Origin: Planctomycetota bacterium
GTDB lineage: Bacteria > Planctomycetota > UBA11346
DNA length: 51,785 nt
Direction of reading: 5' to 3'
Assembly: GCA_038213805.1 (NCBI GenBank)
Contig: JBBQSO010000033.1
Location: forward strand, 1-51,785
The notes beneath the pieces are model-generated. The model worked only from the letters and a program-made list of their open reading frames with translations, was not told the DNA's origin and made no database searches. Below, one piece after another: positions 36,668 to 47,433 of this stretch; position 1 is the first letter of the stretch, and every line of letters starts with the position of its first letter. A program made the position numbers and the translations under genes.

Positions 36668-36791
36668 AACCGCCAAGACACCCTCGACCGCTGGAAGCCT
36701 GGATGCCGAAATCGCGACCCAGGTGATGTGAACGGTTTCCCGGGCAGCATCGCCCTCCTTCAGCCCTTGGCGTCTTGGCGTCTTGGCGGTT
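36668..36791. repeat. Inverted octamer-repeat intergenic element
   Basis: AACCGCCAAGAC (36668-36679) versus CTTGGCGT CTTGGCGT CTTGGCGGTT (36766-36791). Confidence 0.8.
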
Positions 36792-36810
36792 CAATCCTCG
36801 CTATCACGGT

Positions 36811-37959
36811 TCAGTTTGACGGCGGATAGCGCGGAATGAGCCGCTGTTGTCGGCGGAACAGGCGGGCGAGGGCGCGCAGCCGCAGCGGCCTGGCGCCGGC
36901 GCGGCGGTTGGCGGCGCCGATGGCGAAGAGCAGGCGTTGCTTGGCGAAGATCATGGAAAAGCCGCGCCACAGGCTGATGTCGGGGTCCCAGGCCTGGATA
37001 GCCTCGGAGCCGGCGCCGTTGATCTCCATGATGGTGAAGCCGCGCCCGGCGCGCAGCGCGTCGGGGTCGGCGAAGCGCACGTCGAAGCGGCCGCAATGGA
37101 AGCGCGGCAGGTCGCGGGCGATGGCGTCGACGGCAGCGACCAGCTGCGGGGTGATCAGCGCGGCCCCGTCGCGGTACAGTCCGCCGACGCGCGTCGAGCC
37201 GATGGTGGCGACGCGCACCACCTCGCCGGCGGCCGGCACGCGCGTGGCGTCCAGCTCGCTGGTGTGGAAGGGCGAGCCGAGCAGACGCGCCGTGCGCGCG
37301 TTGGCGGCGATCAGCGCGCCCAGGGTGCTGCGTCCATCGCCGGTGACGCGCGGGAAATGGCGCAGCGCCAGGCCGATGATGCGGCCGGCGCCGTGCGCGG
37401 GGTGGCGCGCGTAGAAGATCCCGGCCTCGCCTTCGGCCGGCAGCCATTGCTGCAGCACTACCACCTCGCCGATCGGGAAGGCCGCGACGTAGGCGCGCAG
37501 AGCGGCGATATCGTCGACGCGCCGCACGCCGTAGCCGCACAGGCCGAGGTCGGGCTTGGCGATGAGCGGGAAGGCCAGCCCCGCGCTGGCCACTGCCCGT
37601 TCCAGCTCGCGTGCACCCAGCCGTCCGGTGTTGGGCAGGGCTGCGGTCAGCGCGGTCGCCGCGCGCGCCACCGGCCCCATGCCGCGGAAGTACTCCAGCT
37701 TGCCCTCGCCCATCAGGCCGCCGGCGGTCAGCGTGGGGTTCGCCGCCGCCGGCAGGGTCAGGCAGCGGTGCTGCAGGCCCAGCCACACCCACTGCGCGAC
37801 CAGGGGCACGCAGATCAGCCACTTGGGCAGGCGCTCGAGGGGGCCGCAGCGCGGTGCGGCGGGCGGCGCAGATAAGGGTCGTGCGGCGTGCCCCGCAGGC
37901 TCCGCCACTGCGGTTCCACTGTGGTCCAACGTGGGCGCCGCAGCGAACCGCACGCTCAT
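36811..37959 (-). CDS. ATP-grasp (D-Ala-D-Ala ligase-like) protein
   Basis: FPLIAKPDLGLCGYGV, EAGIFY, GDGRSTL, GRFDVR and MEINGAGSE motifs; ATGA overlap with the rhomboid gene. Confidence 0.8.
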   Translation of the reverse strand: MSVRFAAAPTLDHSGTAVAEPAGHAARPLSAPPAAPRCGPLERLPKWLICVPLVAQWVWLGLQHRCLTLPAAANPTLTAGGLMGEGKLEYFRGMGPVARAATALTAALPNTGRLGARELERAVASAGLAFPLIAKPDLGLCGYGVRRVDDIAALRAYVAAFPIGEVVVLQQWLPAEGEAGIFYARHPAHGAGRIIGLALRHFPRVTGDGRSTLGALIAANARTARLLGSPFHTSELDATRVPAAGEVVRVATIGSTRVGGLYRDGAALITPQLVAAVDAIARDLPRFHCGRFDVRFADPDALRAGRGFTIMEINGAGSEAIQAWDPDISLWRGFSMIFAKQRLLFAIGAANRRAGARPLRLRALARLFRRQQRLIPRYPPSN

Positions 37960-38684
37960 TCCGGCTGGCCGGCCGGGGTCCGGCGCAGCCCTGAGAGCAG
38001 GAACACCAGCACCACGCCGGTGGCGAAGCCGCCGATGTGGGCCATGTAGGCGACCCCGCCCTGGGCCTGCATGCGCAGGCTCTGGAACTGCTCAAGCACC
38101 TGCAGGCCGATCCAGCCGCCGAGCACGATCCACGCCGGCAGCAGGGTTACGGCGCGGCCGACGATCACGCGCACCTTGTTGGTCGGATACTTCACCAGGT
38201 AGGCGCCGAGCACGCCGGCGATCGCGCCCGAGGCCCCGAGGTTGGGAATGATCGAGTCCGGCCCCATGGCGATCTGCGCGGCGCTCGCGGCCAAGCCGCA
38301 CAGCAGATAGAAGAACACGAACTTGAATTTGCCGAGCAGGTCCTCGATCTGGTCGCCGAAGATCCACAGATAGAGCATGTTGCCGAGGATGTGCATCCAG
38401 CCGCCGTGCATGAACATCGACGACAGCAGGGTCAGCCAGATCGGGGAGGGGCCGGCGTAGTGGTGGAGGGCGTAGGGCTTGCCGTCGACGTCCAGCATCT
38501 GATCGCCGACCAGGTCGGTGTGGTGGGTGATCTCGAAGGGCACGGTCGCGTAGCCGTTGGTGAAGGGCTCACCTTGGGCGAGCTGCACCGCGAACATCGC
38601 GGCGTTGGCGGCGATCAGCAGGTAGACCACCACCGGCACGGAGTGCCGCGTCGAGTTGTCATCGCCGAGAGGGAAGAAGCCCAT
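37956..38684 (-). CDS. Rhomboid family intramembrane serine protease
   Basis: SMFMHGGWMHILGNMLYLWIFG, catalytic GASG and AHIGG; multiple TM helices. Confidence 0.95.
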   Translation of the reverse strand: MGFFPLGDDNSTRHSVPVVVYLLIAANAAMFAVQLAQGEPFTNGYATVPFEITHHTDLVGDQMLDVDGKPYALHHYAGPSPIWLTLLSSMFMHGGWMHILGNMLYLWIFGDQIEDLLGKFKFVFFYLLCGLAASAAQIAMGPDSIIPNLGASGAIAGVLGAYLVKYPTNKVRVIVGRAVTLLPAWIVLGGWIGLQVLEQFQSLRMQAQGGVAYMAHIGGFATGVVLVFLLSGLRRTPAGQPE

Positions 38685-38756
38685 GGTGCGTATCCGGGGG
38701 TGGTCGTGGAGCGGAGGGTCGGTGTGGCGCCGGGCCGCTGCACCGTGCGCTAGCGT

Positions 38757-39251
38757 TCAGCGTGCCAGCCCGGTCTCCGCCGCGGTCAGTCCGGCCTCGT
38801 TCTCGTACTGGCGCAGCAGGGCTTCGGCAAGCAGGCCCTGGCCGGTGGTCCAGGGTTCGTGCGCGACCAGATAGGCGAGCAGGCGCGGCGGCTCCTGGGT
38901 GCGCTGGAGGCTGGCGCGCCGGCGCAGCAGCTCGCGCCAGTCGGCGAGCGCGGCGCTGCGGTCGTGCGTGCCGGCGCGGATCGCGGCCGCATGCGCCGGG
39001 GTCACCCGACAGGACAGGACCTGGAGCTGGGCGTCGAGGTCGCGCGCGCTCGGCAGCTCGGCCGTGGGCAGGGCCATGGCTGCGATGGTCTCCGCCGCCG
39101 CCGGCCGCAGCTCCTCGATCAGCGCCGCGTCCGGCGCTTGCGGCGTGCTGCAGCCGGTGACCAGCACCAGTGCGGCCAGCAGGGCTGCCCAGGGCCCGAC
39201 GCGGAGCCCGCGATAGGGCGCGGCGCGAGCAGAACGGGGGCGCGGGGGCAT
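38757..39251 (-). CDS. Putative lipoprotein (start uncertain)
   Basis: Basic N-region, hydrophobic stretch and LVTG-C lipobox. Confidence 0.55.
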   Translation of the reverse strand: MPPRPRSARAAPYRGLRVGPWAALLAALVLVTGCSTPQAPDAALIEELRPAAAETIAAMALPTAELPSARDLDAQLQVLSCRVTPAHAAAIRAGTHDRSAALADWRELLRRRASLQRTQEPPRLLAYLVAHEPWTTGQGLLAEALLRQYENEAGLTAAETGLAR

Positions 39252-39361
39252 CGCGGCATGCTCCGGCGGCCGGCCGCGGCTCAAGCCCCAACGGCGGATG
39301 CAGAGCGCCCGGGTTTGGACTTGCGCCAGGTGCGCTGCGCATGGGATGACCCCGCCGCGCC

Positions 39362-40174
39362 ATGACCCCGTACCTCTGGCTGATCCGCCTGACCTTCCTC
39401 AAGCTGATGGCCTACCGCATGCGGTACGTCACCGGCATCGCCACCTACGGGGTGTTCGTCGGCGGCCAGTACGCGCTGTGGAAGGCGGTCTACGCCGCGA
39501 AGCACCTGGGTCCCGACGACCGCCTCGACGGTCTGACCCTGGCCCAGATGACCACCTACCTGGCGGTGGGCTACATCGCGCGCGCGGCCTACTTCACCAA
39601 CACCGACGGCGAGATCGCCGCGCGCTTCCAGAGCGGCGACGTCACCCTCGACCTGCTCAAGCCGGTCGACTTCCACGCCCAGTGGCTGGCGCAGGCGGCC
39701 GGCGAGACCGCCTTCCGCGTGCTGTTCTTCGCCCTGCCGATGAGCCTGGTGCTGGTGCCGCTGTTCGGCGTGCAGGCGCCCAGCGGCGCCGGCTGGTGGC
39801 AGTTCCCGCCGCTGTTCCTGCTCGCCTTCCTGATCAACGCCGAGCTCAACCTCCTCGCCGGCACCGCCAGCTTCTTCCTCGAGGACATCACCGGCCTGAT
39901 GAGCCTGAAGCGCAACCTGATCATGCTGCTCTCGGGCCTGATGGTGCCACTGCACTTCCTGGGCGAGACCCTGGCCGCGATCACCAGCATGCTGCCGTTC
40001 GCGCTGATCTCGTACTACCCGACCATGGCGTACGTGGGGCGCTTGGGGACGGATGGGGTGCCGGGCATCCTCCACGTGGCGATCCTCGGAGTGTCGTGGG
40101 CGTTGGGGCTGCGCCTCGCCAACGTGATGCTGTGGCGGTACGCGCAGAAGCGGTTGGAGGTACAGGGGGGGTGA
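39362..40174 (+). CDS. ABC-2 family transporter permease (DUF990-like)
   Basis: About six TM helices; AYR, LWKAVY, SGDVTLDLLKP, LSGLMVPL and LPF..YYP motifs; ends QGG. Confidence 0.85.
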   Translation: MTPYLWLIRLTFLKLMAYRMRYVTGIATYGVFVGGQYALWKAVYAAKHLGPDDRLDGLTLAQMTTYLAVGYIARAAYFTNTDGEIAARFQSGDVTLDLLKPVDFHAQWLAQAAGETAFRVLFFALPMSLVLVPLFGVQAPSGAGWWQFPPLFLLAFLINAELNLLAGTASFFLEDITGLMSLKRNLIMLLSGLMVPLHFLGETLAAITSMLPFALISYYPTMAYVGRLGTDGVPGILHVAILGVSWALGLRLANVMLWRYAQKRLEVQGG

Positions 40175-40185
40175 AGGAAAGGCTT

Positions 40186-40317
40186 AGTCCGGAAGTCCGG
40201 AAGTCGCCTGGGTACGGAGCCACCACTGTGTGCCTGAAATCCCTGATGAGCTGGAAAGTCGCGAGAAACGGCAGGTCGTCCGACCTCCGGACTTCCGGAC
40301 TTCCGGACTTCCGGACT
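40186..40317. repeat. Inverted octamer tandem repeats between convergent genes
   Basis: (AGTCCGGA)x2.5 at 40186-40205 and its reverse complement (TCCGGACT)x4 at 40286-40317. Confidence 0.92.
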
Positions 40318-40325
40318 CTTCCCCT

Positions 40326-42431
40326 CTAATGAATCCGCTGCCCCGCCTTCGCCCCGCTATCCGGCGTGAGCAGGAAGATGTCCTTGTCCCCCGGACCCGC
40401 CGCAACCGCCATGCCCTCGCTCAGTCCGAAGCTCATCTGCCGCGGCGCCAGATTCGCGACCACCACGATCAGCCGTCCGATCAGCACGGTGGGATCCGGG
40501 TACGCCGTCTTGATGCCTGCAAAAATAGTGCGCTGCTCGCTGCCGCCGAGCGAGACCGTCAGTTTGAGGATCTTCTTGGCCTTGGGCACCTCCTCCGCAT
40601 TCACCACCAGGGCGGCGCGCAGGTCGATCTTCTGGAAATCCTCGAAGGCGATGGTCGGCGCGAGCGGCTCGCCGGCGAAGGGTTCGGCGGCGGCGATCGG
40701 GACGGGCGCCGCGGCGGGGGCCACGGATGTGGCTGCGGCCGGCGCGGGCGCCTCGGCCTGCGAGGCGGTGATCATCGCCTGCACCTTGGCGCTCTCGAGC
40801 CGCGCCAGCAGGTGGCTGAACGTCGCGATCGGCTTGCCGACCACCGGCGTGGCGGCGTCGCGCCAGGCGGTGATCGGCGCGCCCAGCAGCTCGCCGGCCT
40901 GGCGCGCCAGGTCGGGCAGGATCGGCGCCAGGTAGACCGCGAGCTGACGGAACAGGTTCAGGCTGATGGTGCAGGCCGCGGCCAGCTCCGCGGCCTTGGC
41001 CGGGTCCTTCTTCAGCGCCCACGGGGCGTGCGCCTCGACGTAGGCATTGGCCTTGTCGGCGAGCGCCATGATGCGGCGCGCGGCGTCGCCGTAGTCGCAG
41101 GCCTCGTACGCAGCCGCGATGTCGTCCGCCGCTGCGGCGCCGGCGGCGAACAGCCCGCCGTCGTCGGGGTACGCAGCGGTCAGCGCCGGCACGAAGCGCG
41201 CCGTGCGGCTCGCCAGGTTGACCACCTTGCCGACCAGGTCGCTGTTCACCTTGGCGGTGAACTCGGCGAGGTTGAGGTCGATGTCCTCGACCTTGCCGTT
41301 CAGCTTCGACGCGAAGTAATAGCGCAGGTACGCGGGCTCGCCGATCTGCTCGAGGTAGGTGCGGGCGCGCACGAAGGTGCCCTTCGACTTCGACATCTTC
41401 TCGCCGTCGACGGTGAGGAAGCCGTGCACGTGCACCCGGGTCGGCAGCTTCCATCCTGCCGTCTGCAGCATCGCCGGCCAGAACAGGGTGTGGAAGTAGG
41501 TGATGTCCTTGCCGATGAAGTGGTGGATCTCGACCGCGCTATCCGAGAAGGCCGGATCGTGGCGCTTCGGCCACCAGCGCGCGACCGGTCCGGGCAGCGT
41601 GCCGGTCGCGATCGCGTCGGTGAGGCTGGCGAGGTAGCCGACGGGCGCGTCGACCCACACGTAGAAGTAGTTGCCCGGCGCGTCCGGGATCTCGAAGCCG
41701 AAGTAGGGCGCGGGGCGGCTGACGTCCCAGTCGCGCAGCTCCTCCGCGAGGAACGCGCCGTGCAGCCAGTTGGCGATCTCCGTCTGCAGCGCGCCGCTGC
41801 GCGTCCACGCCTTGAGGAAGTCGCGGAACGGCTCAAGGCGCACGAAGTAGTGGCGCGCCGAGCGCACCTCGGGCGTGGTGCCGCTGAGCGTGCTGACCGC
41901 GTTCTTGAGATCGCCCGGGCTGTAGGTCGAACCGCACTTTTCGCACGAGTCGCCGTACTGGTCGGGCGCGGCACACTTCGGGCAGGTGCCCTTGACGAAG
42001 CGGTCCGCCAGGAACGAGCCGACCTTGGCGTCGTAGAGCTGGGTGACGTCGCGCTCCGCGACGATCGCCGCCCCGCTACCGTCCTTGGCCGCGCGCAGGG
42101 CCTTCCAGATCTCCGCGACCAGGACCTGGTTCGAGGCGGAGTCGGTGGAACCGTAATGCGTGAACTCGACCCCGAAGGCCGCGAAGTCGGCCTGATGGGC
42201 GGTGCTCATCTCGGCCATGATCTGCTGCTCGCTGCGCCCTTCCTGGCGGGCGCGGATCATGGTCGCGGTGCCATGCGTGTCGTCGGCGCAGATGTAGGCG
42301 ACCTGGTGGCCGCGCAGGCGCTGGAACCGCACCCACACGTCCGCCTGGATGTACTCGACCAGGTGGCCGATGTGGATGTGCCCATTGACGTAGGGCAGGG
42401 CGGCGGTCACCAGGATCTGGCGCTCGGTCAT
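40326..42431 (-). CDS. metG: Methionyl-tRNA synthetase with C-terminal tRNA-binding domain
   Basis: [20 protein letters not shown], Zn knuckle CPKC..CEKC, KMSKS and the C-terminal Trbp111-like domain. Confidence 0.97.
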   Translation of the reverse strand: MTERQILVTAALPYVNGHIHIGHLVEYIQADVWVRFQRLRGHQVAYICADDTHGTATMIRARQEGRSEQQIMAEMSTAHQADFAAFGVEFTHYGSTDSASNQVLVAEIWKALRAAKDGSGAAIVAERDVTQLYDAKVGSFLADRFVKGTCPKCAAPDQYGDSCEKCGSTYSPGDLKNAVSTLSGTTPEVRSARHYFVRLEPFRDFLKAWTRSGALQTEIANWLHGAFLAEELRDWDVSRPAPYFGFEIPDAPGNYFYVWVDAPVGYLASLTDAIATGTLPGPVARWWPKRHDPAFSDSAVEIHHFIGKDITYFHTLFWPAMLQTAGWKLPTRVHVHGFLTVDGEKMSKSKGTFVRARTYLEQIGEPAYLRYYFASKLNGKVEDIDLNLAEFTAKVNSDLVGKVVNLASRTARFVPALTAAYPDDGGLFAAGAAAADDIAAAYEACDYGDAARRIMALADKANAYVEAHAPWALKKDPAKAAELAAACTISLNLFRQLAVYLAPILPDLARQAGELLGAPITAWRDAATPVVGKPIATFSHLLARLESAKVQAMITASQAEAPAPAAATSVAPAAAPVPIAAAEPFAGEPLAPTIAFEDFQKIDLRAALVVNAEEVPKAKKILKLTVSLGGSEQRTIFAGIKTAYPDPTVLIGRLIVVVANLAPRQMSFGLSEGMAVAAGPGDKDIFLLTPDSGAKAGQRIH

Positions 42432-42551
42432 GATCGCTCCGGGGGGTGGAATCCTTGGGCGCAGGCCGGGGGGCGCAAGCGCCCTGCCGCTGCGCGTCTG
42501 CGCCGCAGGCGGCATCGCTGGATCTGGCCGTTCGCGACCCATGCTGCGCGC

Positions 42552-44390
42552 ATGGCGCCCTCAGGCACGCCGGGACGACCAGGACCAGGCGCGCCATCCG
42601 GTGCCGCCGCGGCGGCCTCGACGCCGCCCGGCGGGGCCACGCGGCCGGCGGACACCGAGTTCGAGCTGATGGCGGCACGCCTGCTCGGCACCGTGCAGGA
42701 GCTCGTCGCGGGCACCGCCTTCGGCCCCTACACCATCCAGCAGCGCATCGGCCAGGGCGGCATGGGCGTGGTCTACCACGCGGTGCACGCCACCCTCGCG
42801 CGCCCGGTGGCGCTCAAGATCATGCGCCCGGAGCTGGCCGGCGACGCTGGCTTCCTTGACCGCTTCCTGCGCGAGGCGCGCGTCGCCGCCACCGTCGACC
42901 ATCCCTGCCTGGTGCGCATCTATGACGCCGGCCGCCACGACGGCATGCTGTTCATGGCCTTCGAATTCGTGCCCGGCGGAGACCTTGAGGAGCTGATCGC
43001 CGCGCGCGGCCAGCTCGATTGGGAAGCCGCGGTGCGCCTGGTCGACGACTGCGCCCAGGGTCTGGCCGCGATCCACGCCGCCGGGCTGGTGCACCGCGAC
43101 CTCAAGCCGCGCAACGTCTTCATCACCGCCGCGGGCTGCGCCAAGATCGGCGACTTCGGCCTGGCGCGCAGCGCCTCCGGCGACGATCGCATGACCGCCA
43201 CCGGGCTGGGCCTGGGCACGCCCGCCTACATGTCGCCCGAGCAGGCGCACGGCCACGGCGACCTCGACATCCGCAGCGACCTCTACGGCCTCGGCTGCGT
43301 GCTGTACGCGGCGCTCACCGGCAAGGCGCCCTACCAGGGCCAGACCTCGTGGATGATCGTCAACCAGGTGTGCAACGATCCTGCGCCCGACCCGCGCGCG
43401 CTGCGCCCCGATCTGCCCGTCGAGCTCGCCAACCTGGTGCTGCGCGCCATGGCCAAGCGCCGCGAGGACCGCTACCAGGATCCCGCGGAGCTGCGCGCCG
43501 ATCTCGCGCGGTTGGTGCCTGCGCTCAGCGGCCGCGCTGCGACCTCGCTCGCGCCCGCCGATCCCGCCGGCCGGCCGCCACTGGCGATGCCGCCCGGCAC
43601 CCTCGACCTGCTGCTTGGCCCGGCGGTGCCGTGGTGGTGGGGCACGCTCGCCGGCCTGGCCGTGGTGCTGGCGGTGCTGCCGCTCGCGCTATGTCCGGGC
43701 CTGCAGCTGCCGCGCCTGGGCGCGTGGCCCTACGACGAGCCCGGCCTGTGGGGGATCGTCGCGCTCGTGACCACCATCGCCGCCGGCCTGCTGTGGGTGC
43801 CGCTGCGTACGATGCACATCCGCCTCGCCGCCGCCGGCCGCGCCGGCGTGCGCCGCTCCGCGCGCCTGCCGCTCGGTGCGCTTGACGCCTGGCCCGGTCT
43901 CGCCGCCGGCGTCACCGCCGCCGCACTGATGGCGGTGCTGTTCGGCGGCGCGCTGTGCGCGCTGTTCCGCTGGAGCGGTCCGGCCTGGGACGGCTGCGTG
44001 CTGGTCGCCGGGCTGGCCGCCGCCGCCGCGTGGTTCACGGTGTGGTGGGCGCACCCGCTGCGCGGCGACCCGCTCGCCCTCGCCCGCCGCCACCTGCCGC
44101 GCCTCGCCCTTGCCGGCTGCGGCCAACTCGCGCTCGCGCTGTTCTGCCACCTGCTGGTGCGCAGCCGCATCGCCGCCGAGCCCGCCATCCGCCAGTCGCG
44201 CGGTGCGCTGGAAACGCTGCGCGATGGCGTGCGTGGGTTGTTCAAGCCGCCGCTGCACCTCGACGCGCCGGCGATCCTCGACTGGCCGACGACCGCCGCA
44301 GTGGCGATCGGGATCGCGCTGGTGATCGCGCTGCTGGTGCCCGTGGTGGGGCTGCAGGTGGTGCTGCGCAAGCGGACGACGTTGCTGTAG
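42552..44390 (+). CDS. Ser/Thr protein kinase with multi-pass membrane C-terminus
   Basis: [33 protein letters not shown] and [10 protein letters not shown], followed by about six hydrophobic helices. Confidence 0.92.
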   Translation: MAPSGTPGRPGPGAPSGAAAAASTPPGGATRPADTEFELMAARLLGTVQELVAGTAFGPYTIQQRIGQGGMGVVYHAVHATLARPVALKIMRPELAGDAGFLDRFLREARVAATVDHPCLVRIYDAGRHDGMLFMAFEFVPGGDLEELIAARGQLDWEAAVRLVDDCAQGLAAIHAAGLVHRDLKPRNVFITAAGCAKIGDFGLARSASGDDRMTATGLGLGTPAYMSPEQAHGHGDLDIRSDLYGLGCVLYAALTGKAPYQGQTSWMIVNQVCNDPAPDPRALRPDLPVELANLVLRAMAKRREDRYQDPAELRADLARLVPALSGRAATSLAPADPAGRPPLAMPPGTLDLLLGPAVPWWWGTLAGLAVVLAVLPLALCPGLQLPRLGAWPYDEPGLWGIVALVTTIAAGLLWVPLRTMHIRLAAAGRAGVRRSARLPLGALDAWPGLAAGVTAAALMAVLFGGALCALFRWSGPAWDGCVLVAGLAAAAAWFTVWWAHPLRGDPLALARRHLPRLALAGCGQLALALFCHLLVRSRIAAEPAIRQSRGALETLRDGVRGLFKPPLHLDAPAILDWPTTAAVAIGIALVIALLVPVVGLQVVLRKRTTLL

Positions 44391-44594
44391 GGGCGGCGCG
44401 AGGCGCGAGAGAATTGTTTCGCGGTTGTGCGCAGGTGCGAGCTCGCACCGGGATGCGATCGGAAGTAGGTGACGCGCTGTGCATGTGGTGCTGTCCCCAC
44501 TGGGCAGCAGGGAGCGTGGCCGGTGCCATACGCCGCCATCATGCGGGAAGGGCCACCTTCTCCAACCGAGTGCCCCTCGGACCGTCGCCTCCCC

Positions 44595-44629
44595 GCCATC
44601 AGCCATCAGCCATCAGCCATCAGCCATCA
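44595..44629. repeat. Heptamer tandem repeat (GCCATCA)x5
   Basis: Five perfect units; same unit and same 5' flank CGTCGCCTC as the array at 11354. Confidence 0.93.
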
Positions 44630-44641
44630 GCCCGCCTCCTT

Positions 44642-44657
44642 TTGGCACGCCCATCGC
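44642..44657 (+). promoter_or_regulatory. Putative sigma54 (-24/-12) promoter of flhB
   Basis: TTGGCACG-CCCA-TCGC: perfect -24 element, exact GG-N10-GC spacing, one mismatch in the -12 element; about 60 nt upstream of the start. Confidence 0.65.
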
Positions 44658-44718
44658 CCATGCCCACTGACTCCAACCCCTCGCGGGCCGACCTGTCGGT
44701 TTCCGCAACGGAGATGTC

Positions 44719-45786
44719 GTGGCCGAAGACCCGAATGGCGGTGAAAAGACCGAGATGCCGACCCCGAAGCGTCTGCAGGACGCGCGTAACGATGGGCAGG
44801 TGGCATTCTCGTCGGAAGCCAATATTGCCGCCCTGCTGATCATCGGGTTTGCCACCCTGGCGGTGATGGGGCCAAGCTTCTTCCAGGCGATGGGCAACCT
44901 CCTCACCCGCTGCCTGGGCGACGCGCTGACCTGGGACCTGGAGGGCGGCGGCCTGCGCCGGCTCATCGTCACCGAATGCGCCCCGGCCTTCGCCTGGCTG
45001 CTGCCCTTCCTGGGCGTGCTGTTCGCAGCCGGCCTGGGGCTGTGCATCGCCCAGGTCGGCTTCCACATCTCGGGCAAGGCGCTGGTCCCCAAGGTCAACC
45101 GCGTCAGCCCGTTCACCGGCTTCAAGCGCCTGTTCGGCTACCGCGGCCTGATGCGCGTGCTGCTCAGCGCGCTCAAGCTGACCGCCGTGCTGCTGGTCGC
45201 CTGGCACGTGCTGCAGTTCGACATCCCCAGCATGGTCCCGATCAGCCTCGATCTCGCCGCGCGCACGGGCCACGAGGCGCGTGGCCTGTTCGCCTTCGGC
45301 ATGAAAGTCGCCTGCGTCCTCGCCCTGATCGCCGCCGGCGACTTCATCTTCCAGCGCTGGCAGTACACCCGCGACCTGATGATGACCAAGCAGGAGGTGA
45401 AGGAGGAATACAAACAGTCGGAAGGCGACCCGCTGATCAAGAGCAAGATCCGCCAGATCCAGCGCCAGATGGCGCAGCGCCGCATGATGCAGGAGGTGCC
45501 CAAGGCCGACGTCGTCATCACCAACCCGACGCACGTCGCGGTCGCGCTGAAATACGACAAGGCCAACATGGCGGCGCCGGTGGTGCTGGCCAAGGGCTAT
45601 GACGAAGTTGCGCGGCGCATCAAGGAATTGGCGGAGAAACACAACATCGTGATGGTCGAGAACGTGCCGCTGGCGCGGGCTTTGGCCAAGGAAGTGGCGA
45701 TCGGGAAGGCGATCCCGACAAAGTGGTATCAGTCGGTGGCAGAGGTGCTGAGCATGGTCTACAAGTTGAAGAAGGCGAAGAAGTAG
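44719..45786 (+). CDS. flhB: Flagellar export apparatus protein FlhB
   Basis: EKTEMPTPKRLQDAR..GQV, four TM helices, LMMTKQEVKEEYKQSEGDP, NPTH autocleavage site and LARAL. Confidence 0.95.
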   Translation: MAEDPNGGEKTEMPTPKRLQDARNDGQVAFSSEANIAALLIIGFATLAVMGPSFFQAMGNLLTRCLGDALTWDLEGGGLRRLIVTECAPAFAWLLPFLGVLFAAGLGLCIAQVGFHISGKALVPKVNRVSPFTGFKRLFGYRGLMRVLLSALKLTAVLLVAWHVLQFDIPSMVPISLDLAARTGHEARGLFAFGMKVACVLALIAAGDFIFQRWQYTRDLMMTKQEVKEEYKQSEGDPLIKSKIRQIQRQMAQRRMMQEVPKADVVITNPTHVAVALKYDKANMAAPVVLAKGYDEVARRIKELAEKHNIVMVENVPLARALAKEVAIGKAIPTKWYQSVAEVLSMVYKLKKAKK

Positions 45787-45901
45787 AGGGCGAGGGCGTG
45801 GAGGTGTGGCCGGCGGAAGTCGCGCACAGGCCCTCCGCCCAGTCCGTTGGTAGTGGCGCCGGGTGGCGCGGACAGGCCAGGAGTGAAACAGAGGAGCGCC
45901 G

Positions 45902-47023
45902 CTATTTTGCGGCTGCGTCCGGCATCTTGATCGCGAAGAAGCCGTCGCCGAAAGTGGCGCTGTAAAGGATGTGGTGCAGGCGGTCGAAGCGCATCTCGAA
46001 GGGGTCGGTGGAGAAGGACCGCGAGCCGCCCGGGAGCGGTTTCCACGTCTGGCCGTCCGCCTCGGGTGCGGTGAACACCGGCTGGTGCTCGCCGGTGCAG
46101 CCGGTGTAGAGGCTGGTGCCATCGCCGCAGATGCCGATGTACCAGCTGTACGGCAGACCGTTCTTCAGCGGCTGCCAGCTGGCTCCGTTGTCGGTGCTGC
46201 GCACCGGATACTGGTAGGCGCCGGCATACAGCGTGCCGTCCTTGGTGCGGTAGAGCTGATTGCCACCATGGGTCATCTGCAGCGGGTAGGCGAGCGTCCA
46301 GGTGGAGCCGCCATCAATGGTGCGGAAGAATCCGCCCTGCTGGGCGGTGAACAGCCAGGTTTTGGCGTCACCCTGTCTGGTCGCGGGATCAGAGAGGAAG
46401 AAGATCGCCATCCCATAGCCGCCGTCGGCACCGCTGGGCGGTTGGCGCGCGCTCCAACTGCTCCCGCCGTCCGCGCTCTCAAGGACGCCGCAGTTCCGCG
46501 AACCGGCCCAGGGGCTGTGGAAGCTGACCAGCACGTGCTTGAAATCCAGCGGGTCGACGGCGATGGAATAGAGATCGGACGTGCCGACGCCGGTGGGCGG
46601 ATGGTCCGTGGCGGTCGTGAAGCCCGGGGGCATGGACCAGTTCACTCCGCCATCATGGGATTCCCAGAAGCCAATGGTGTTGCCGCGGACGCCATCGACG
46701 CAGTACAGGTGCTGGCGGTCCTTGGGATCGATCTCCACATGGAGCGGTTCATCCAGCGCGCCGACCCTGGCCCAGGTGGCGCCGCCGTCGGTGGTCTTGA
46801 AGAGGCCGGCCTTGGCCACCTCATAGGCGCAGACGCAGAGGTAGATGGTCAGGGGGTCGACGGGATCGAGGGTGACGCCCTGGCAGAAGACGTGCGATGC
46901 GGGCGTCATGATCACCCCGGGCGGGGTGATGTCGGTCCACACGCCTGGAACTAGGTCGAGGGCCGCAGCCGGGTGGGCCTGGGCGCCGAGGAGGCTGAAG
47001 GCCAACAGCAGCGCGGCTTTCAT
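45902..47023 (-). CDS. Secreted BNR/Asp-box beta-propeller protein
   Basis: Signal peptide and repeated Asp-boxes (TTDGGATW, SHDGGVNW, SADGGSSW, TIDGGSTW, STDNGASW). Confidence 0.85.
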   Translation of the reverse strand: MKAALLLAFSLLGAQAHPAAALDLVPGVWTDITPPGVIMTPASHVFCQGVTLDPVDPLTIYLCVCAYEVAKAGLFKTTDGGATWARVGALDEPLHVEIDPKDRQHLYCVDGVRGNTIGFWESHDGGVNWSMPPGFTTATDHPPTGVGTSDLYSIAVDPLDFKHVLVSFHSPWAGSRNCGVLESADGGSSWSARQPPSGADGGYGMAIFFLSDPATRQGDAKTWLFTAQQGGFFRTIDGGSTWTLAYPLQMTHGGNQLYRTKDGTLYAGAYQYPVRSTDNGASWQPLKNGLPYSWYIGICGDGTSLYTGCTGEHQPVFTAPEADGQTWKPLPGGSRSFSTDPFEMRFDRLHHILYSATFGDGFFAIKMPDAAAK

Positions 47024-47433
47024 GGGCGATCCTTGAGCGCTTGCACGGCGCGCTGTGGTTGGTGCGAATCACGGTGCGCTGGAAGATTTCCACCGGGCGG
47101 GCGGGCGGGCCGGAAGACCTACGTATGGTTTGGAGCGTAGGCGGGTGGTCGGGAATGGAATGGGGCTGCTGACGCGTCGTGCGGCCACGTCAGAACCGCC
47201 CCGAGGAATGCGGAGCGGCGAAGACTATTCCCACGAGTTGGCATCAGACGCTGGCGGTGGTGTTGAGCAGGGTCAACACGGTGAAGAAGCGGAAGGAGAT
47301 TCGATAGGTGGTGACGACGCATCCCAGCCGAGGCCTAAATCGCTGCAAGACGGCATTTCTGTGAGATGCCAAGCCCATTGCTGCCATCGATCCCGGGCGC
47401 TCTCAGGATCGCTGAGCGATCGCGACCATCCCA

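Noticed and set aside
40230..42551. 1386-aa ORF suggesting a giant N-terminally extended kinase
   Set aside because: The first ~774 codons are the stop-free antisense shadow of metG; the kinase-like sequence begins at ATG 42552.
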